Below are positions 23,425-36,652 of a DNA stretch of 64,000 bases, piece by piece. Both the position numbers and the translations under genes were made by a program. This DNA is from Mobula hypostoma (taxonomy: Eukaryota), in assembly GCF_963921235.1 (NCBI RefSeq), contig NC_086097.1, forward strand, positions 116,376,001 to 116,440,000, read 5' to 3'. Each line of letters opens with the position of its first letter. The stretch's first letter is position 1. The notes under the pieces were generated by a model that was given only the letters and a program-made list of their open reading frames with translations, did not search any database and was not told the origin of the DNA.

Positions 23425-26100
23425 ACCGTAAGACCATAAGACATAGGAGGAGAATTAGGCCATTCAGCCCATCAAGTCTTCTCTGCCACTGCATCATGGC
23501 GGATCCTGGATCCCACTCAACCCCATACACCTGCCTTCTCGCCATTTCCTTTGATGCCTTGATCAATCAGGAAACAATCTACTTCCACCTTAAATATACC
23601 AATGGATTTGGCCTCCACCACAGTCTGTGGCAGAGCATTCCACAGATTTACTACTCTCTGACCAAAAATTTCCTCCTCACCTCTGTTCTAAAGGGTCACC
23701 CCTCAATTTTGAGGCTGTGCCCTTCAGTTCTGGATACCCCCACCATACGAAATATCCTCTCCACATCCACCGTATCCAGTCGCTCAACATTTGATAGGTT
23801 TCAGTGAGATCCCCCACATACTTCTAATTTCCAGTGAGTACAGGCCAAAGCTGCCAAATGCTTCTCATATGTTAACCCCTTCATTCCTGGAATCATCCTC
23901 AGGAACCTCTTCTGGACTGTCTCCAATAACAACACATCCTTTCTGAGAAACCGTTGACAATACCCCAAGAGCCACCTGACTAGTGTCTTCTAAAGTCTCA
24001 GCATTATCTCCTTGCTTTTATATTCTATTCCCCTTGAAATAAAGACCAACGTTACATTTGTCTTCTTTACCACAGACTCAACATGTAAATTAACCTTCTG
24101 GTTGTTTTGCATGAGAACTCCTAAGTCCCTCTGCATCTCTGATGTTTGAGCTTCCTCTCCATTCAGATAAAAGTCTGCTCTATTGTTTCTTTTATCAAAA
24201 TACATTATCATACATTTCCCAACACTGTATTCTATCTGCCACTTTTTTGCCCATTCTTCCAATTTTTCTAAGTCCTTATGCAATTACACTGCCTACTCCT
24301 ACACCTTTCTCTGTATCATCCGCAGACTTTGCCACAAAGCCATCAATTCTGTTATCCAAATCATTGCCAACCAGAAAAGGCCCTTTTTATTCCCACTCAC
24401 TGCCTCTTGCCTGTCAGCCATTCTGCTATCCATGCAAGTATCTTTACTGTAACGCTGTAGGATTATATCTTGTTAAGCAGCCTCATTTGTGGCACCTTCT
24501 GAAAATCCAAATTAATGAAATGCAGTGCCCCTCCTTTGTCCACTCTGCTTGTTACTTACTTCGTCATGTAAGATTTACGTTCATAGAAACCATGCTGACT
24601 TTGACTTATTTTATTATTAGTCTCCAAGTACCACAAAACCTCATCCTTAATAATAGATTCCAACACTTTAACAACCACTGAAATTAGACTAACTGACCTA
24701 TAATTTCCTTCCTTTTGCTTTCCTCCCTTCTTAAAGAGTGGAGTAACAGTTGCAATCTTCCAGTCCTCCGGGACCATGCCAGAATCAAGTGATTCTTGAA
24801 AGATCATGACTAATGCATCCTTTCTCTCTTCAGCAACCATACTCAGGACTCTGGGATGTAGTCCATCTGGCCCAGGTAACTTATCCACCTTAAGACCTTT
24901 GAAATTGCCTAACATGTTTTCCTTTGTAATAGCAATGGCACTCTCTCCAGCTCATTGACACTCATAGACCTCTGGCACACTGCTAGTGTCTTCCACAGTG
25001 AAGACAGGTGCAAAGTACACATTAAGTTCATCTGCCATTTTTTATCCCCTATTACTACCTCATCAGCATCATTTTCCAGTGGTCCAATATCAATTCTCAC
25101 CTTCCTTTTATTCTTTATATAACTGAAAAAAAAACTTTCGGTATCCCGCTTTATATTATTGGCCAGTCTGCCTTCATATTTCATCTTTTCCCTTCTTATA
25201 GCTTTTTTAGTAACTTTTTGTTGGATTTTAAAACCTTCCCAATCATCCAAGTTCCCACTCACTTTTCCTACTTTATATGGTCTATCCTTAGCATTTATGC
25301 GGTTCTTAATTTCCTTTGTCTGCTACAGTTGCCTACCGCTACCATTCGAGAACTTCTTCCTCTGTGGGACATAACTATCCTGCACCTTGCGAACAATTTC
25401 CAGAAACTTCATCCATGTCTGCTCTGTCGTCATCCCCGCCAGTATCCTCCTCCAATCCACCTGGGCAAGCTCCTCTCTCATGCGTCTGTAATTCCCTTTA
25501 TTCCTTTGTGATCCTGATACATGTGACTTATGCTTCTCACTCTCATAATGCAGTATGAATTCAATCATGTTGTGAATACTGCCTCCTAAGGGTTCCTTTA
25601 AGTTAGGCTCTGCTATAAGATCTGGGTTATTACACAACCTCCAATCTAAAATAGCCTCTTCCCTAGGCTCCCCTTCTGAGCCACAGGTCCAGACTCAGCG
25701 CCAGAGGCAAGGTCACTGTTGCTTCCCCCAGGCAGGTCATCCCCCACCAAACAGAACTTAAACTGGAGTATTCATTGTTGAGGGGGACAGCCACAGGGAT
25801 GCTCTCCACTATCTGATATTCCCCCTTCCCTCTCCTGACTGTCACCTGTTTAGCAGTCTCCTGTAGCCTTGGGGTGATTACCTCCTTGTAGCTCCTGTCT
25901 ATCACCTCCTCACTTTCCCTAATAACCCGAAGGTCACCGAGCTGCATCTCCAATTCCCTAACACCATCTCTAAGGAGCTGCAACTCGATGCACCTGGTGC
26001 AGATGTGGCTGTCGGGGAGGCTGGTAGTCTCCTGAAAATGCCACATCTGGCACCCGGAACAGAACACTAGCTCTGTAGACACGCTCCCTACTTAGCTTAC
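23425..26100 (-). mobile_element. Long, degraded, internally deleted CR1 LINE including an ORF1 remnant
   Basis: ORF2 remnants (KVDKLPGPDGLHPRVL; PLFKKG..GNYR.VSL.SV; QHGF) and ORF1-like 25663-26082 (C-x2-C...C-x2-C, coiled coil, VPLNN.Y..L). Confidence 0.88.
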
Positions 26101-26460
26101 CTCTGACTGTTCTTTCCAAAGCCTTACTACTCTGCCTCAGACTACTCTGCCGATCTGTTCTGCTAAGCAATACCTCTCTTTTATAGAGACTAGGTTTCCC
26201 ATTGAAAATCTTTGTCTGACCTGCATGGGAATGCTCCCATTGCATCTGTGCAGCACTACAATCAACGATTCCTGTCAGAAAACTTGCTGCCTTTTCAAGC
26301 TCTTTGTCAGAACTACTGTCCTGCTTTCTCCTCATAACCTTTGATGGCTTCCTAATCAAAAACCTTTCAACCTCCGCTCTAAATATACCCAATGACTTGG
26401 CCTCCACAATCATCCATGGCAACAAATTCCACAGATTCACCACCCTGGAGTCCTTGACAA

Positions 26461-27237
26461 TAGTTCAAGTTTAATTATCATTCAACCATACACGAATGCC
26501 CCAAACAAAACAGGTTCAGGCAGGGACTAAGGTATAAACACAGTACTAACAGTCACAAACAGCACAATGCACACTTAGTGCATGTTAGACAGCAAGCATA
26601 TATAGATATCGGTAAAATACAGTCACACAAAAAAATACAGTCCATGAACGTTGCAAGAGTCTGCAGTTGAACACACTACAGCTTGTCTTTTGCTGAGCAA
26701 ACACTGGGGGCAGCACCGGCCCCCGATTAAAAGCTGCATTACACCGGCTCCAGTGGAGTGCACTGACTATGATGTCTCTCTCCTGGGCAACTGTAATCAG
26801 GTAGCACTGTGGCTTGAGGCCTCGTCCTGGTTACATCTGAGGACATGCAGTCACCCCAGCACCGTCCCTGCCATCCACTGATAAATCAGTGAATCGGACT
26901 TGCAGCATTCCACATTAACAGAGCCCAACAGGGTCTTGTGATCACAAGAAAAATGACTAAGATGATGACTCACTGTTAGACTGCACACCTCCTTCGCGCT
27001 CCAGCTCCTCTAATGCCTCTCTGATGCAGGCAGCAGCATGGTGCACACCACGTACTGTTCCTTCCCCACCTCCACCATCGAGCAAATCGCTGATGGGGTA
27101 GACCTGCAGTACTTTATGTTCTAAATGTCCAGCAGGTTCTTGAGATCATAAAAAAATATTTTGAAAGGACAATATCACCTTCGGTTGACCCTGTTACAGC
27201 TGCTGTGATCAAAAGCTCTGCCATCTTACCAGAAGGT
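26461..27237 (-). mobile_element. Non-autonomous LINE-tailed element (family A), uninterrupted copy
   Basis: Colinear with 640-786 plus 1732-2350; minus-strand 5' end CTTCTGGTAAGATGGC. Confidence 0.7.
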
Positions 27238-27240
27238 AAG

Positions 27241-28410
27241 ATTCTGCACACACCAGCTCGCTGGTGTGTTTGGAGACATCTTTAACCTCTCATCACTCTA
27301 ACCTGATGTTCCCACCTGAAGAAGAATACCATCAATCTAGTGCCAAAGAAAAATATGGTGACATGTCTTAATAACTACTCCCCAATAGTTCTGATATCCA
27401 TCATTATGACATGCTTTGAGAGACTGATCACAGCGCATAGAACCTCCAACCTCCAGGCAGCTATATCCCACTGCATTGAAACAGATCTATGGCAAATGAA
27501 TCCCTCTGGCCCTACACTCATTTCTGGAAATTCTGGATAACACGGGCACCCACATCAGACTCTCATTTACTAAGTGTAGATCCACCTTCAATATCACAAT
27601 TTCAAGCAAAACCATCTTCAGACTCCGAAAGGACTAGGATTCAGCACTTCTCTCTGCAACTAGTCTGTCAAGAAATTGCTAACCAACAGACTGCAGCCAG
27701 CAAGGATAGGCAGGAGCACTTCCGCTATGATTATCCTCAACACTGGTGTACCACAAGTCTGCCCCTGAACCTCTTACTTTATTCCCTATGCATGCATACA
27801 TGACCCTATGGCCAGATCCTGCTCAAACCCCATTTACAAGTTTGCAGATGACGCCACCTGAGTGGACCATATCTCAAACAATGATGAGATAGAGTGCAGG
27901 AAGGAGATGGAGACCCTAGTGGCATGTTGTCAAGACAACAACCTCTCCCACAAGATCCTCAAAAGTGCTGGTTATTGATTTCAGGAAAGAGTATGCACCC
28001 CAGTTTACTTCAATGGTCCAGATATGGAGGTGGTTGAGAATTTCAAGTTCCCAGATACAAATATCACCAACAATCTGTCCTGATCAAGACACATAGACAC
28101 TACAGCCAGAAAAGCACAATACCTACCTATTCTTCCTCAGAAAACTAAGGAAATTCAACATATCCCTGTTGGACCACATCAATTTATATGGATACATCTC
28201 AGGAAGTATCCTTTCCAGATGTTTCACATCTTGGGATGACAACTGGAAACCACGGAAAAAGAAAGGTATTTGTGAATGCAGCCTCTCTATCATGAAAACC
28301 AGATCCCTCCATTTTCTGTGTCTACACTTCAATTTGTCTCAGGAAAGCACCCAACATAATCAAAGACCCAGCCCACGCAAATAATTCTCTCTTCTCTCCC
28401 CTACCATCCA
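27241..28410 (+). mobile_element. Degraded Rex1/Babar RT
   Basis: QLAGVF.DIFNLS, PKK..VTCLNNY.P..L.S.IM.CFERL, KFADD, LVIDFRK. Confidence 0.8.
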
Positions 28411-29685
28411 GACTTGATGGGTCAAATAGCCTCCTACAATGAACCTAGAAAATATGAAATAGAAATATCCTTCAGAGTATAGCAACATTGTGGGTTTATC
28501 GTTGATCTACCAGCTGACAACTATATATAAAAAAATAAATGTGAGTGTTAATAAATTCCAGGTTTAATACCAAATAAAAAATAGAAAAGGAATTGATAAT
28601 TGAAAATAAGACGAAGCTTATTTGAATGCTAGAGTTGTAAAGAAACATTTGATTTTATAGTTAACAATTCCAAAAATGCAACTAATCAAACTATGGTCAC
28701 TGCAGTTATTTTAAGCAACCCAATTGCAAATCTAATCTTTAATTTGAAAATAGAAGGATTCCATTCAAAGCAAGAAGGGAGAGCTTTGCAGAATGCAAAT
28801 GAGAGCTGCCTCTGCCTAGTTTGGAATGTGAGTGGTGCCCAGATCACTGGTTGTATGAAATCAAAGAACAAACTGCCTGCATTTTTCCAAGTTCTGCAAA
28901 TCTGAATATGTTACAAAAAAGAAGAACGGTTGAGTTGAGATAAACCACAGCTTTCTGCATTTTCTGAGGATGTATGCATTGATTCAGCTGAAAGAAATCA
29001 ATATTAACTAACAAGTAGGAAAACTTAAAAATTTTTCATTGCTGAAGTCATTACTTCAATGTTGCACGTAATGCAATATTACAAAATGCCAACACACTGT
29101 GAGCATACTGTGAATTAGCATGCAAGAAAGAATCCATTAAAGCTGCAGCAAGTGAAGTCAGCCACTGTAATTGGATCTGTGTGCTTACAGTAGATCCTTC
29201 TCATTAGTTCTTAGAACATAGCACTACATTAATTAATTACATCTCAACTCAAATAATTCCAGCTTCCTCATGCAAGGGTTCACTTACACTCCAATCGCAT
29301 CAACGACATTCAATGGAAATCAATCCTTCCAGAATGTCTTGTGGAATTCACTGTTCTTAGTGATTTATTAAGGTAAGAATACAAGTGCAGACAAAATTGA
29401 TAACTGAATGGATCCATAATGGGCTGGGATAAAGAGCGGACAGCTAAATGTGGTTACAACAAGTGAGAGAACTGATTCATTACATGCATTGTAATGGCAC
29501 GTATAATATGTTCAAGTAGTTACTTTTTGTTGGTATTCTGTTATACAGTGGTTTTGCGAAGAACAATGTTTAAAATGAGAAGTTACAAAGAGAATTTGTA
29601 GAGTTGCAAAGAATCACAAAGAGATTAGGTATGTTACCAAAGTCTCCAACAAATTACTACGGATGTACTGCAGAGAACATTCCAG

Positions 29686-30130
29686 CTCAAGTTCAAATGT
29701 ATTGTCATTCAACCGTATACTTGCATACCACCAAAAGAAACAATGTTCCTCTGGACCATGTGCACAACACCATACATATAACTCACATATAAGACATAAA
29801 GTAATATTACCACAAATAAATGAACAAGTAATAAAATATGTTCCAGAAGACTGGCTTTTAGCATAAGGTGCATTTACGACAAAAGTTAAAAAATAAACAG
29901 TATAATGACACAGATGCTTCATTAGTGATGAGAGCTGGGTAGAGACAGGGAGTTCAGTAGTCTCACAGCTTGGAGAAAGAAGCTTTTTCCCACCCTAACA
30001 GTCCTTGTCCTAATGCTACGGTACCTCATGCCTGGTGACAGGGAGTCATAGAGTTTTTTGGGTGGATGGGAGTCATCCTTGACAGTGCTAAGGACCTTGC
30101 ATACACAGCGCTCCAGGTAGATATCCAGAT
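29686..30130 (-). mobile_element. Rex1/Babar 3' end with (TTGAAC)n tail
   Basis: Reverse of the ..GRRYRSIRTRT.R...SFF region; tail similar to family A. Confidence 0.65.
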
Positions 30131-30309
30131 GGTTATACTCAGCTGCCTCCCTGAATGTGCTCCAGGCTGTGTTTTCAATACAATCCTGTCATGCTGAGCT
30201 TCTTCCTTCTGGCCAGATTTTTATCTCCCTTTGAACTGGGTTGACTAATTCAATCAGTCATCTGCATGCAGGAATTAGCATAATAGATAAGTGACTGGAG
30301 TATCCACGG

Positions 30310-30745
30310 AGGGCGGACGGGATTGGAAAACAGCTGTGGAGGGTTACAAACTCAGCCAGCATCATCATGGGCACTTGCCTCACCAGCATCGAGGACATCT
30401 TCAAAAGGTGATGCCACAAAAAGGTGGCATCCATCATAAAGGACCTCTACCAACCAGGGCATGTTCTCTTCCTAATACTGCCATCAGAGAGGAGTCTGAG
30501 GATGCACATTCAGTGTTGTCGGAATAGCTTCTTCCCCTCGGGCATAAAGTTTCTGAACAGACAACGAACCAAACCATGAACACTAACTCACTAATTTTGC
30601 TCTCTATTTACACTGCTTAGTCAACATTTTAGTATATTTTCTATTGTAATTTATAGTATTTTTAATGTATCGCACCGTGCTGCAGCTACAAAACAATAAA
30701 TTCTGTGACCGTACCAGTGATATTAAACCTGATTCTGATTCTGAA
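30310..30745 (+). mobile_element. Rex1/Babar 3' fragment
   Basis: GCATCCATCATAAAGGACC..CACCCAGG-like region and (ATTCTG)n tail. Confidence 0.7.
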
Positions 30746-30879
30746 TGATTTCTACCTACAATCTTTCCAGTAATACAACTAAAATCATATTAGACATATG
30801 TGTTGCATAATACATGATGGATATAATCAGGGTTCTGTTGCAAACTGTAGGTTGATATTGCTATATACAAACAGAAGCT

Positions 30880-31490
30880 TCAGGTGCTCCTCTACCTTGA
30901 TGAGACCCATTGTAAATTACAGGACTGGTTCATCGAGCACCTCCACTTTGTCTACCAAAGGCAGAACTTCCCGATGTCCAAATGCTTTAATTCCCATTCC
31001 TATTCCTGTTTCGACATGTCTGTCCATGGTCTTTTCTTGTGCCAAGATGAGGCCACCCTCTGGGAGGAGTAGCAACACCTTATAATTTCATAATTAATAC
31101 TCACGTCTCCAATCTGATGGCATGAATATTGATTTTTCCTTCTGGTTAAAAAAAAATTCCCACACCCTCCCCTCTTCTTCTATTCTCCACTCTGGCATTT
31201 TACTTCTTCTCACCTGCTATCACTTCCCCGGAGTCCTCTCCTCCTTCCCTTTCTCCTATGGTCCACTCTGCTCTCCTATCAGATTCCTTCTTCTTCAGCC
31301 CTTGATCTTTCCCAAAAACTTGGCTTCACTTATCACCTCCTTCCCCTCCCCCACCCTTTTATTTTGGCATCTTCCCCCTTTCTTTTCAGTCCTGACGAAG
31401 GGTCTCAGACCGAAATAGCAACTGTTTTTTCATTTCCATAGATGCTGCTTGACCTGCTGAGTTCCTTCAGCATTTTGCGTGTGTTACTTA
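30880..31490 (+). mobile_element. Degraded PLE 3' part (GIY-YIG remnant plus pLTR with HHR motif at ~31388-31423)
   Basis: LLYL.ET..L.D.FIEHL...CFNS.S.S..DMSVHGL..CQDEATL; CTGACGAAGGGTCTCAGACCGAAA. Confidence 0.85.
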
Positions 31491-31726
31491 TTTAATCGCC
31501 ATTTTCATCTCATGTTGAGATTATCCCAATTTCGCCACAAACTGCAATCAATACAAGCCAGTTCTCAGTTTCCTTCCAGAAATTTTTAAAGAAATGCTTG
31601 CACTCACTCTGTGAAAATACTGTTAGGTTTGCAAAACATCTTATTTGCTGCATTGACAACTTTAAAGTGCCTGGAGTGATTGTATAATAATGCAAACCTT
31701 TAAGGGGCTTCTGACAATACACTCAC

Positions 31727-31829
31727 TTGCTTCATGCAAGTCCTGCAAATACCCTGACACATAGAGGACAAGGAGAAGGAAGAAGGAAACAGTGCAGAAA
31801 GGAGCAGTGACAGATGTTATACAGGGAGA
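31727..31829 (-). CDS. Tentative exon with hydrophobic stretch (SPCITSVTAPFCTVSFFLLLVLYVSGYLQDLHEA)
   Basis: Strong donor CAA|GTGAGT; acceptor ambiguous because the hydrophobic stretch could be a polypyrimidine tract. Confidence 0.3.
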
Positions 31830-32089
31830 CTTTGTACAAGAAAGCATTATCATAAAAATCATCATTTTGTCATCTCAAACCTACTGGGCCATGAGAACAT
31901 GTTTACAATTCTGTGAGAAACATCACCTAAGTTTGTGTTTCTCTAGTGAGGCTGTCAGAGTGTAAAGTCCTGACCTTTAATAAAAATAACAAGAATTTGA
32001 CAAAGCCAGCACATACAGTTTTCAGGTGCAGCTCAGGACACAGTACCTTTATATTGTTGCCTCTCTCACCTTTTAAAGATTAATTATTA

Positions 32090-32390
32090 TATTTATCACC
32101 TGAAAATCAAAACAATTAAAAATGTCATTAGCATCAAATCAAATCAGAGAGAATTGTGCGGGGCAGCCCACAAGTGTCGCCACGTTTCCAGTGCCAATGT
32201 AGCATGCCCACAGCTCATTAACCCTAACCGCTTGTCTTTGGAATGTAGGAAGAAGCTGGCGCAGCCGGAGGAAACCCACACAGTCAAGGGGAGAACATCC
32301 TTACAGTCAGTGGCAGGAATGAAACCCTGATTGATTTTATAGCTGGCACTGTAAAACGTGGTGCGAACAGCTACAGTACCATGCAGCTGT
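32090..32390 (-). mobile_element. HE1/V-SINE-type SINE
   Basis: Reverse central domain TCTTTGGAATGTAGGAAGAAGCTGG..CCGGAGGAAACCCAC. Confidence 0.7.
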
Positions 32391-33459
32391 TTTGGACTCT
32401 ATCAAAGAATATCATGAACAGTAGTAATATAGTGTTAATGGTTGTATTAAGCAGATGATGTCCATTTTCTTAGTGCAAAACATCCATGATTTTACACATT
32501 CCAGATACCTGAAGAGAGATCTTAGGCTTCCATCATTCAGAGCAATGCAGACGCAAGCATATCACAATGTAGGTTCAGAGATTGCAAAGACTTCCACTCC
32601 ATTCATTTAAATCTCTCATCAACAGCACTACATCAGACAGGTGTGTGTAACAAGTGTTCTGGATATTGTCATATCAAATTTACCATTTCCCTGTCCTCCT
32701 TTTACCCACCACAATTGTTTGCCTCTGAGCAGCAAGTGACAGGTTACACAGAGTCACAGATATTGCATTGCACACTGATCCACAGCTCAGCAGATGTTCT
32801 TAATTCAAGATCATGAATAAGGCAACATTGGAACCGTCCCAGCAACCTACAAGCCTCTATCTTAGCTGTATGAAGCTATCCCAGGAAGAGCAACTTCGAC
32901 AACACTTGTCTGTTCAGCAGTCCCAGAACAATGCTTTATTTATGATTAACGTAGTCATGCCTACCATCTTTCATGTAGAGAATCCACACAAAAACCTATA
33001 TTGCTATCAAAGTCAACTAAGGTCACCTGCTAACTTTCAGGGCAAGTTTTTAAAATGGATTGTAGAAACCATTGTATTAGAACTTCCTGCTCCTGCTTCT
33101 CATCCTGAGACTTAATATAGTCTATATTAAGTTCTCTCCCAGCAAATATAATGCAAGGCTGACTGTTGCTTGCAAGATAGAAGACTGTTGCTATTCAGGC
33201 AAATGAATTTTGTTTGTTATTGGTCAACACCATCTCGATCTCTAGGCATGGGAGGGTCCAGACATATACTGCGATCATTGATTTGTGGATTGGATGTTGG
33301 TGAGGCTGTAAGTAAGGTGTTATTTTAAGAGGATAGCAAGATCTATTCGCATCACCGAGGTACTTTACCATTGGACTACACCTTGATGATCCCACCAGCC
33401 TACAGAAGAGCATAAGATACCTTCTCTGTGATGTGACTGAAGATATGAACCTTTGGATA

Positions 33460-34730
33460 CCTGTGATGAAGTGTTTTGAGAGGTTGGTCATTACAAGGAT
33501 TCACTCTTGCCTGAGCAAGGACATGGACCCACTGTAATTTACCTACCACCTCAATAGGTCTACAGTGGATACAATCTCATTGACTTTCCACTTGGCCTTG
33601 GACCACCTGGGCGACAGCAATATACACATCAGACTGCTGTTTATTGATTAAACAGTTCAGCTTTCAACATGATCTTCCGCTTTGTACTAATCAACAGGCT
33701 TCAAATTCAGGGCCTCTACACCTCCTTCTGCAACTGAATCTTTGTCTTTCTCATTGGCAGATCAAAGTCAGCATGGATTGAAAATAATAACTCAACCTCA
33801 CTAGCAATCGAAGAAGGCGCAACTCATGGATGCATGCTTAACCCACTGCTCGACTGTCTCTACACTCATGACAATGTGGGCAGATACAGCTAAAATACCA
33901 TCTATAAATATGCCGATGGTACCACTATCATTGGCAGAATCTCAGATGATGCCAAGGAGATGTACTGGAATGAGATAGATCAGCAGGCTGAGAGGTGTTG
34001 CAACAAAATCCTTGCGCTCAACATCAGTAAGTCCAACGAATTGGTTGTGGACACCAGGAGGGGGAAGCTGGGAGAACCCACACCAGTTGTCAGTGGAAAG
34101 GGTGACCGACAACTTCAAATTCCTGGTTGTCAACATCTCAGAAGATCTATCCTGGGCTCAAAATATTGATGTGATTATGAAGAAGGCATATCAGCAGCTA
34201 TATTGCAACAGGAGTTTGATGAGATCTGGTATGTCACCAATGACTCTAGCAAATTTCCTCAAATGAATCGTGGAGAGCATTCTAACTGGTTGAATCACTG
34301 TCTGGTATGGAGGGGCCACTGCACAGGATCATAAAAAGCTGCAGAAAGTCGTAAACTGAGCCAGCTCCATCATGGGCATTAGCCTCCACACTATCAGGGA
34401 CACCTTCAAAAGGTGATGTCTCAAAAAGAGAGAACCCATTATAAGGGCACCCACCATTCAGGGCATGCCCACTTCTCATTATTGACATCAGAGTGGAGGA
34501 ACAGGAACCTGAAGACATGCACTCAATGTTTTAGGAGCAATTCCTTCTCTGAACAGACAATAAACTCATAAACACTACTACAAATTCTATTCACTCTTTT
34601 TTGCACCACATTTATTTTTAAAATGTATTTCGTATTATAATTTATAGCATATATTATGTATTGCACCGAATCACAGAACAAGAGATTTCAGGATAGTCAA
34701 CCTGATTATCAGTGATAATAAACTGATTAT
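33460..34730 (+). mobile_element. Degraded Rex1/Babar RT to 3' end
   Basis: MKCFERLV, LLFID, K(Y)ADGTT, FKFLVVNISEDLSW, LQKVV; AATAAACTGATT tail. Confidence 0.85.
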
Positions 34731-35664
34731 GCTTCCAAAATATTGGCAAACTGTTCAATTTCTCACAATTCAATTGTTGGATTAGAGTCCAAATCATTGT
34801 TTTATTGTGTGCCACCCCCCCCCCGCCCCGTAGTACATTAGTTTCTGCATGTTTGCAGTTTGCAAAGCTGAAGTGTGATTCAGTCAGTACCTGTCAAACA
34901 GGATATTTATCTAAACTGGTCCAGACAGCTTTGGAGTGTAAAAGGCAAGCATGTTCTCGGGATCCTTTGTTGCTTATCTTCCTGGCTGATAGAGGCTGAC
35001 CTTGTCTGACAGGCAATATGATGACCATCTAATCAAATGATGAGAACCATAAGATTTGCAACTCATTATTGACTTCTGAAGAACCTTTTGAACAACATCA
35101 TCTCCAGATCTAACACAGTCAATAACATGATCATTAAACCATTCACTGGAACTGGTAGCAACTTGACCACATGAAGAACAGGGAACCTGCATTGAGCCTC
35201 ACAAGAGGGCAAAGTGGAACCTTCACCAAAGACATTCTCTTTTCCAGCCCATCCTCTCTTCCAGTTTCTAAGTTTTACTTCTACTACCATTAAATCTCAA
35301 AAAGTTAGTTATGGCCAGTTCACACATTTACTTGATATGGTGCAGCAACTCTTATTAATTTTGAAATTAGGAATGTACACTTGTAGAAAACAGAATTTAC
35401 TAATTTAATTTGGTTATTAATTTCTTCAGAATCCAAGAAAGAAGTGATTTTTTAAAAAAGATAACTTTACAGTAATATATCAGCACCATTAATATTGTCA
35501 TTGATTTTTTCAAATATAAAAATATAACTTGCTTGTTACAGAGGTGGACGGCCATCTCTCATTATTTTTAAAGACGTATTATTATGATTCACGGGTTCCA
35601 CAGAATTTTAGCACTCCTCCTGGCTCAGTATGTGCCCCCCGCCCCACTAAACATGATATTAACA

Positions 35665-35940
35665 ATTTATTTATTTTATTTTATTTTTTATTTAGAGATC
35701 CAGCACGGCAGCAATCTGTCCTAGCTCCGCACCCAGCACCGTCCAATTATACCCATATGACCACTTAACCTACTTACCTATGTGTCTTTAGTCTGCGTGC
35801 GGAAATCGTGGCTCCTGAAGGAAGCCCAGGCGGCCATAGGGAGAACGTACAAACTATTCACAGACAGCAGCAGGAAGTAAACCTGAGTTGCTGGTGTTGT
35901 AAAGCATTACCTTAACTGTTGTGCTACCACGCTGCCCGAC
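35665..35940 (-). mobile_element. HE1/V-SINE-type SINE
   Basis: (TTTA)n tail at left; GGGAGAACGTACAAACT..CACAGACAGC. Confidence 0.7.
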
Positions 35941-36652
35941 TTTACAGTTTTATGTATCAAAATCCTTTGTTTTTGCCACTCGTGCAGAAATTATATAAGC
36001 AAGTTTGTTGATGAACCAATAGTTGCAAGTCACTTTCTCCTTTGTAATCACAATATTTAGAGATTGCACATCCTGAATTTGCTTATAAATTAACCCATTA
36101 TATTCTAGTATCTTTTTGTCGAGGTTATATTATATGATTCACAAGCCAGTATATTTTTACAAGGGTTTTATGTACAAAGTTGATTTCAATTACTATTTCC
36201 CACCTCAATCTATCCAATATTAATCAAAATTAATATGGTACATTGTCCAGCTTAAACATATAGTGTGTTCTTGTTCTGCAGCCAAAACACACAGCACAAA
36301 CTATTTGCTCATCTAATTGCATGTTCTCTTTACTCACTCAGGAGTAAGGGAGATTATGACCAGTTGCGAATACTTACAGTTTGCAAACTTACAACATAAC
36401 AGAAGTAGAAATGAAAATCCCTCATAGTACTCGTGAATCAGGCTTCATTTGTGGAGAGAGAAAATGTGAAAGGGTCAGTTCAGTAACCTTCCAACAGAAT
36501 CTTCATCAGATCTGATGCAAGGTCATTAGCCGGAAACAGTTTCACCATCCACAGAGGCTGCCTCACTTGTTGAATATTTCCAGAATTTTCTGTTTTCATT
36601 TCAGATTTTTAACATTCACTACTTGCCCTTTTATTATGACACAGAAATGCAA

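Noticed and set aside
32500..33450. ORFs 32813-33115 and 33195-33491 as coding exons
   Set aside because: No splice support or recognisable domain; probably an ancient repeat or neutral sequence
34890..35290. Minus-strand exon candidates
   Set aside because: All frames tested hit stops before the plausible donor
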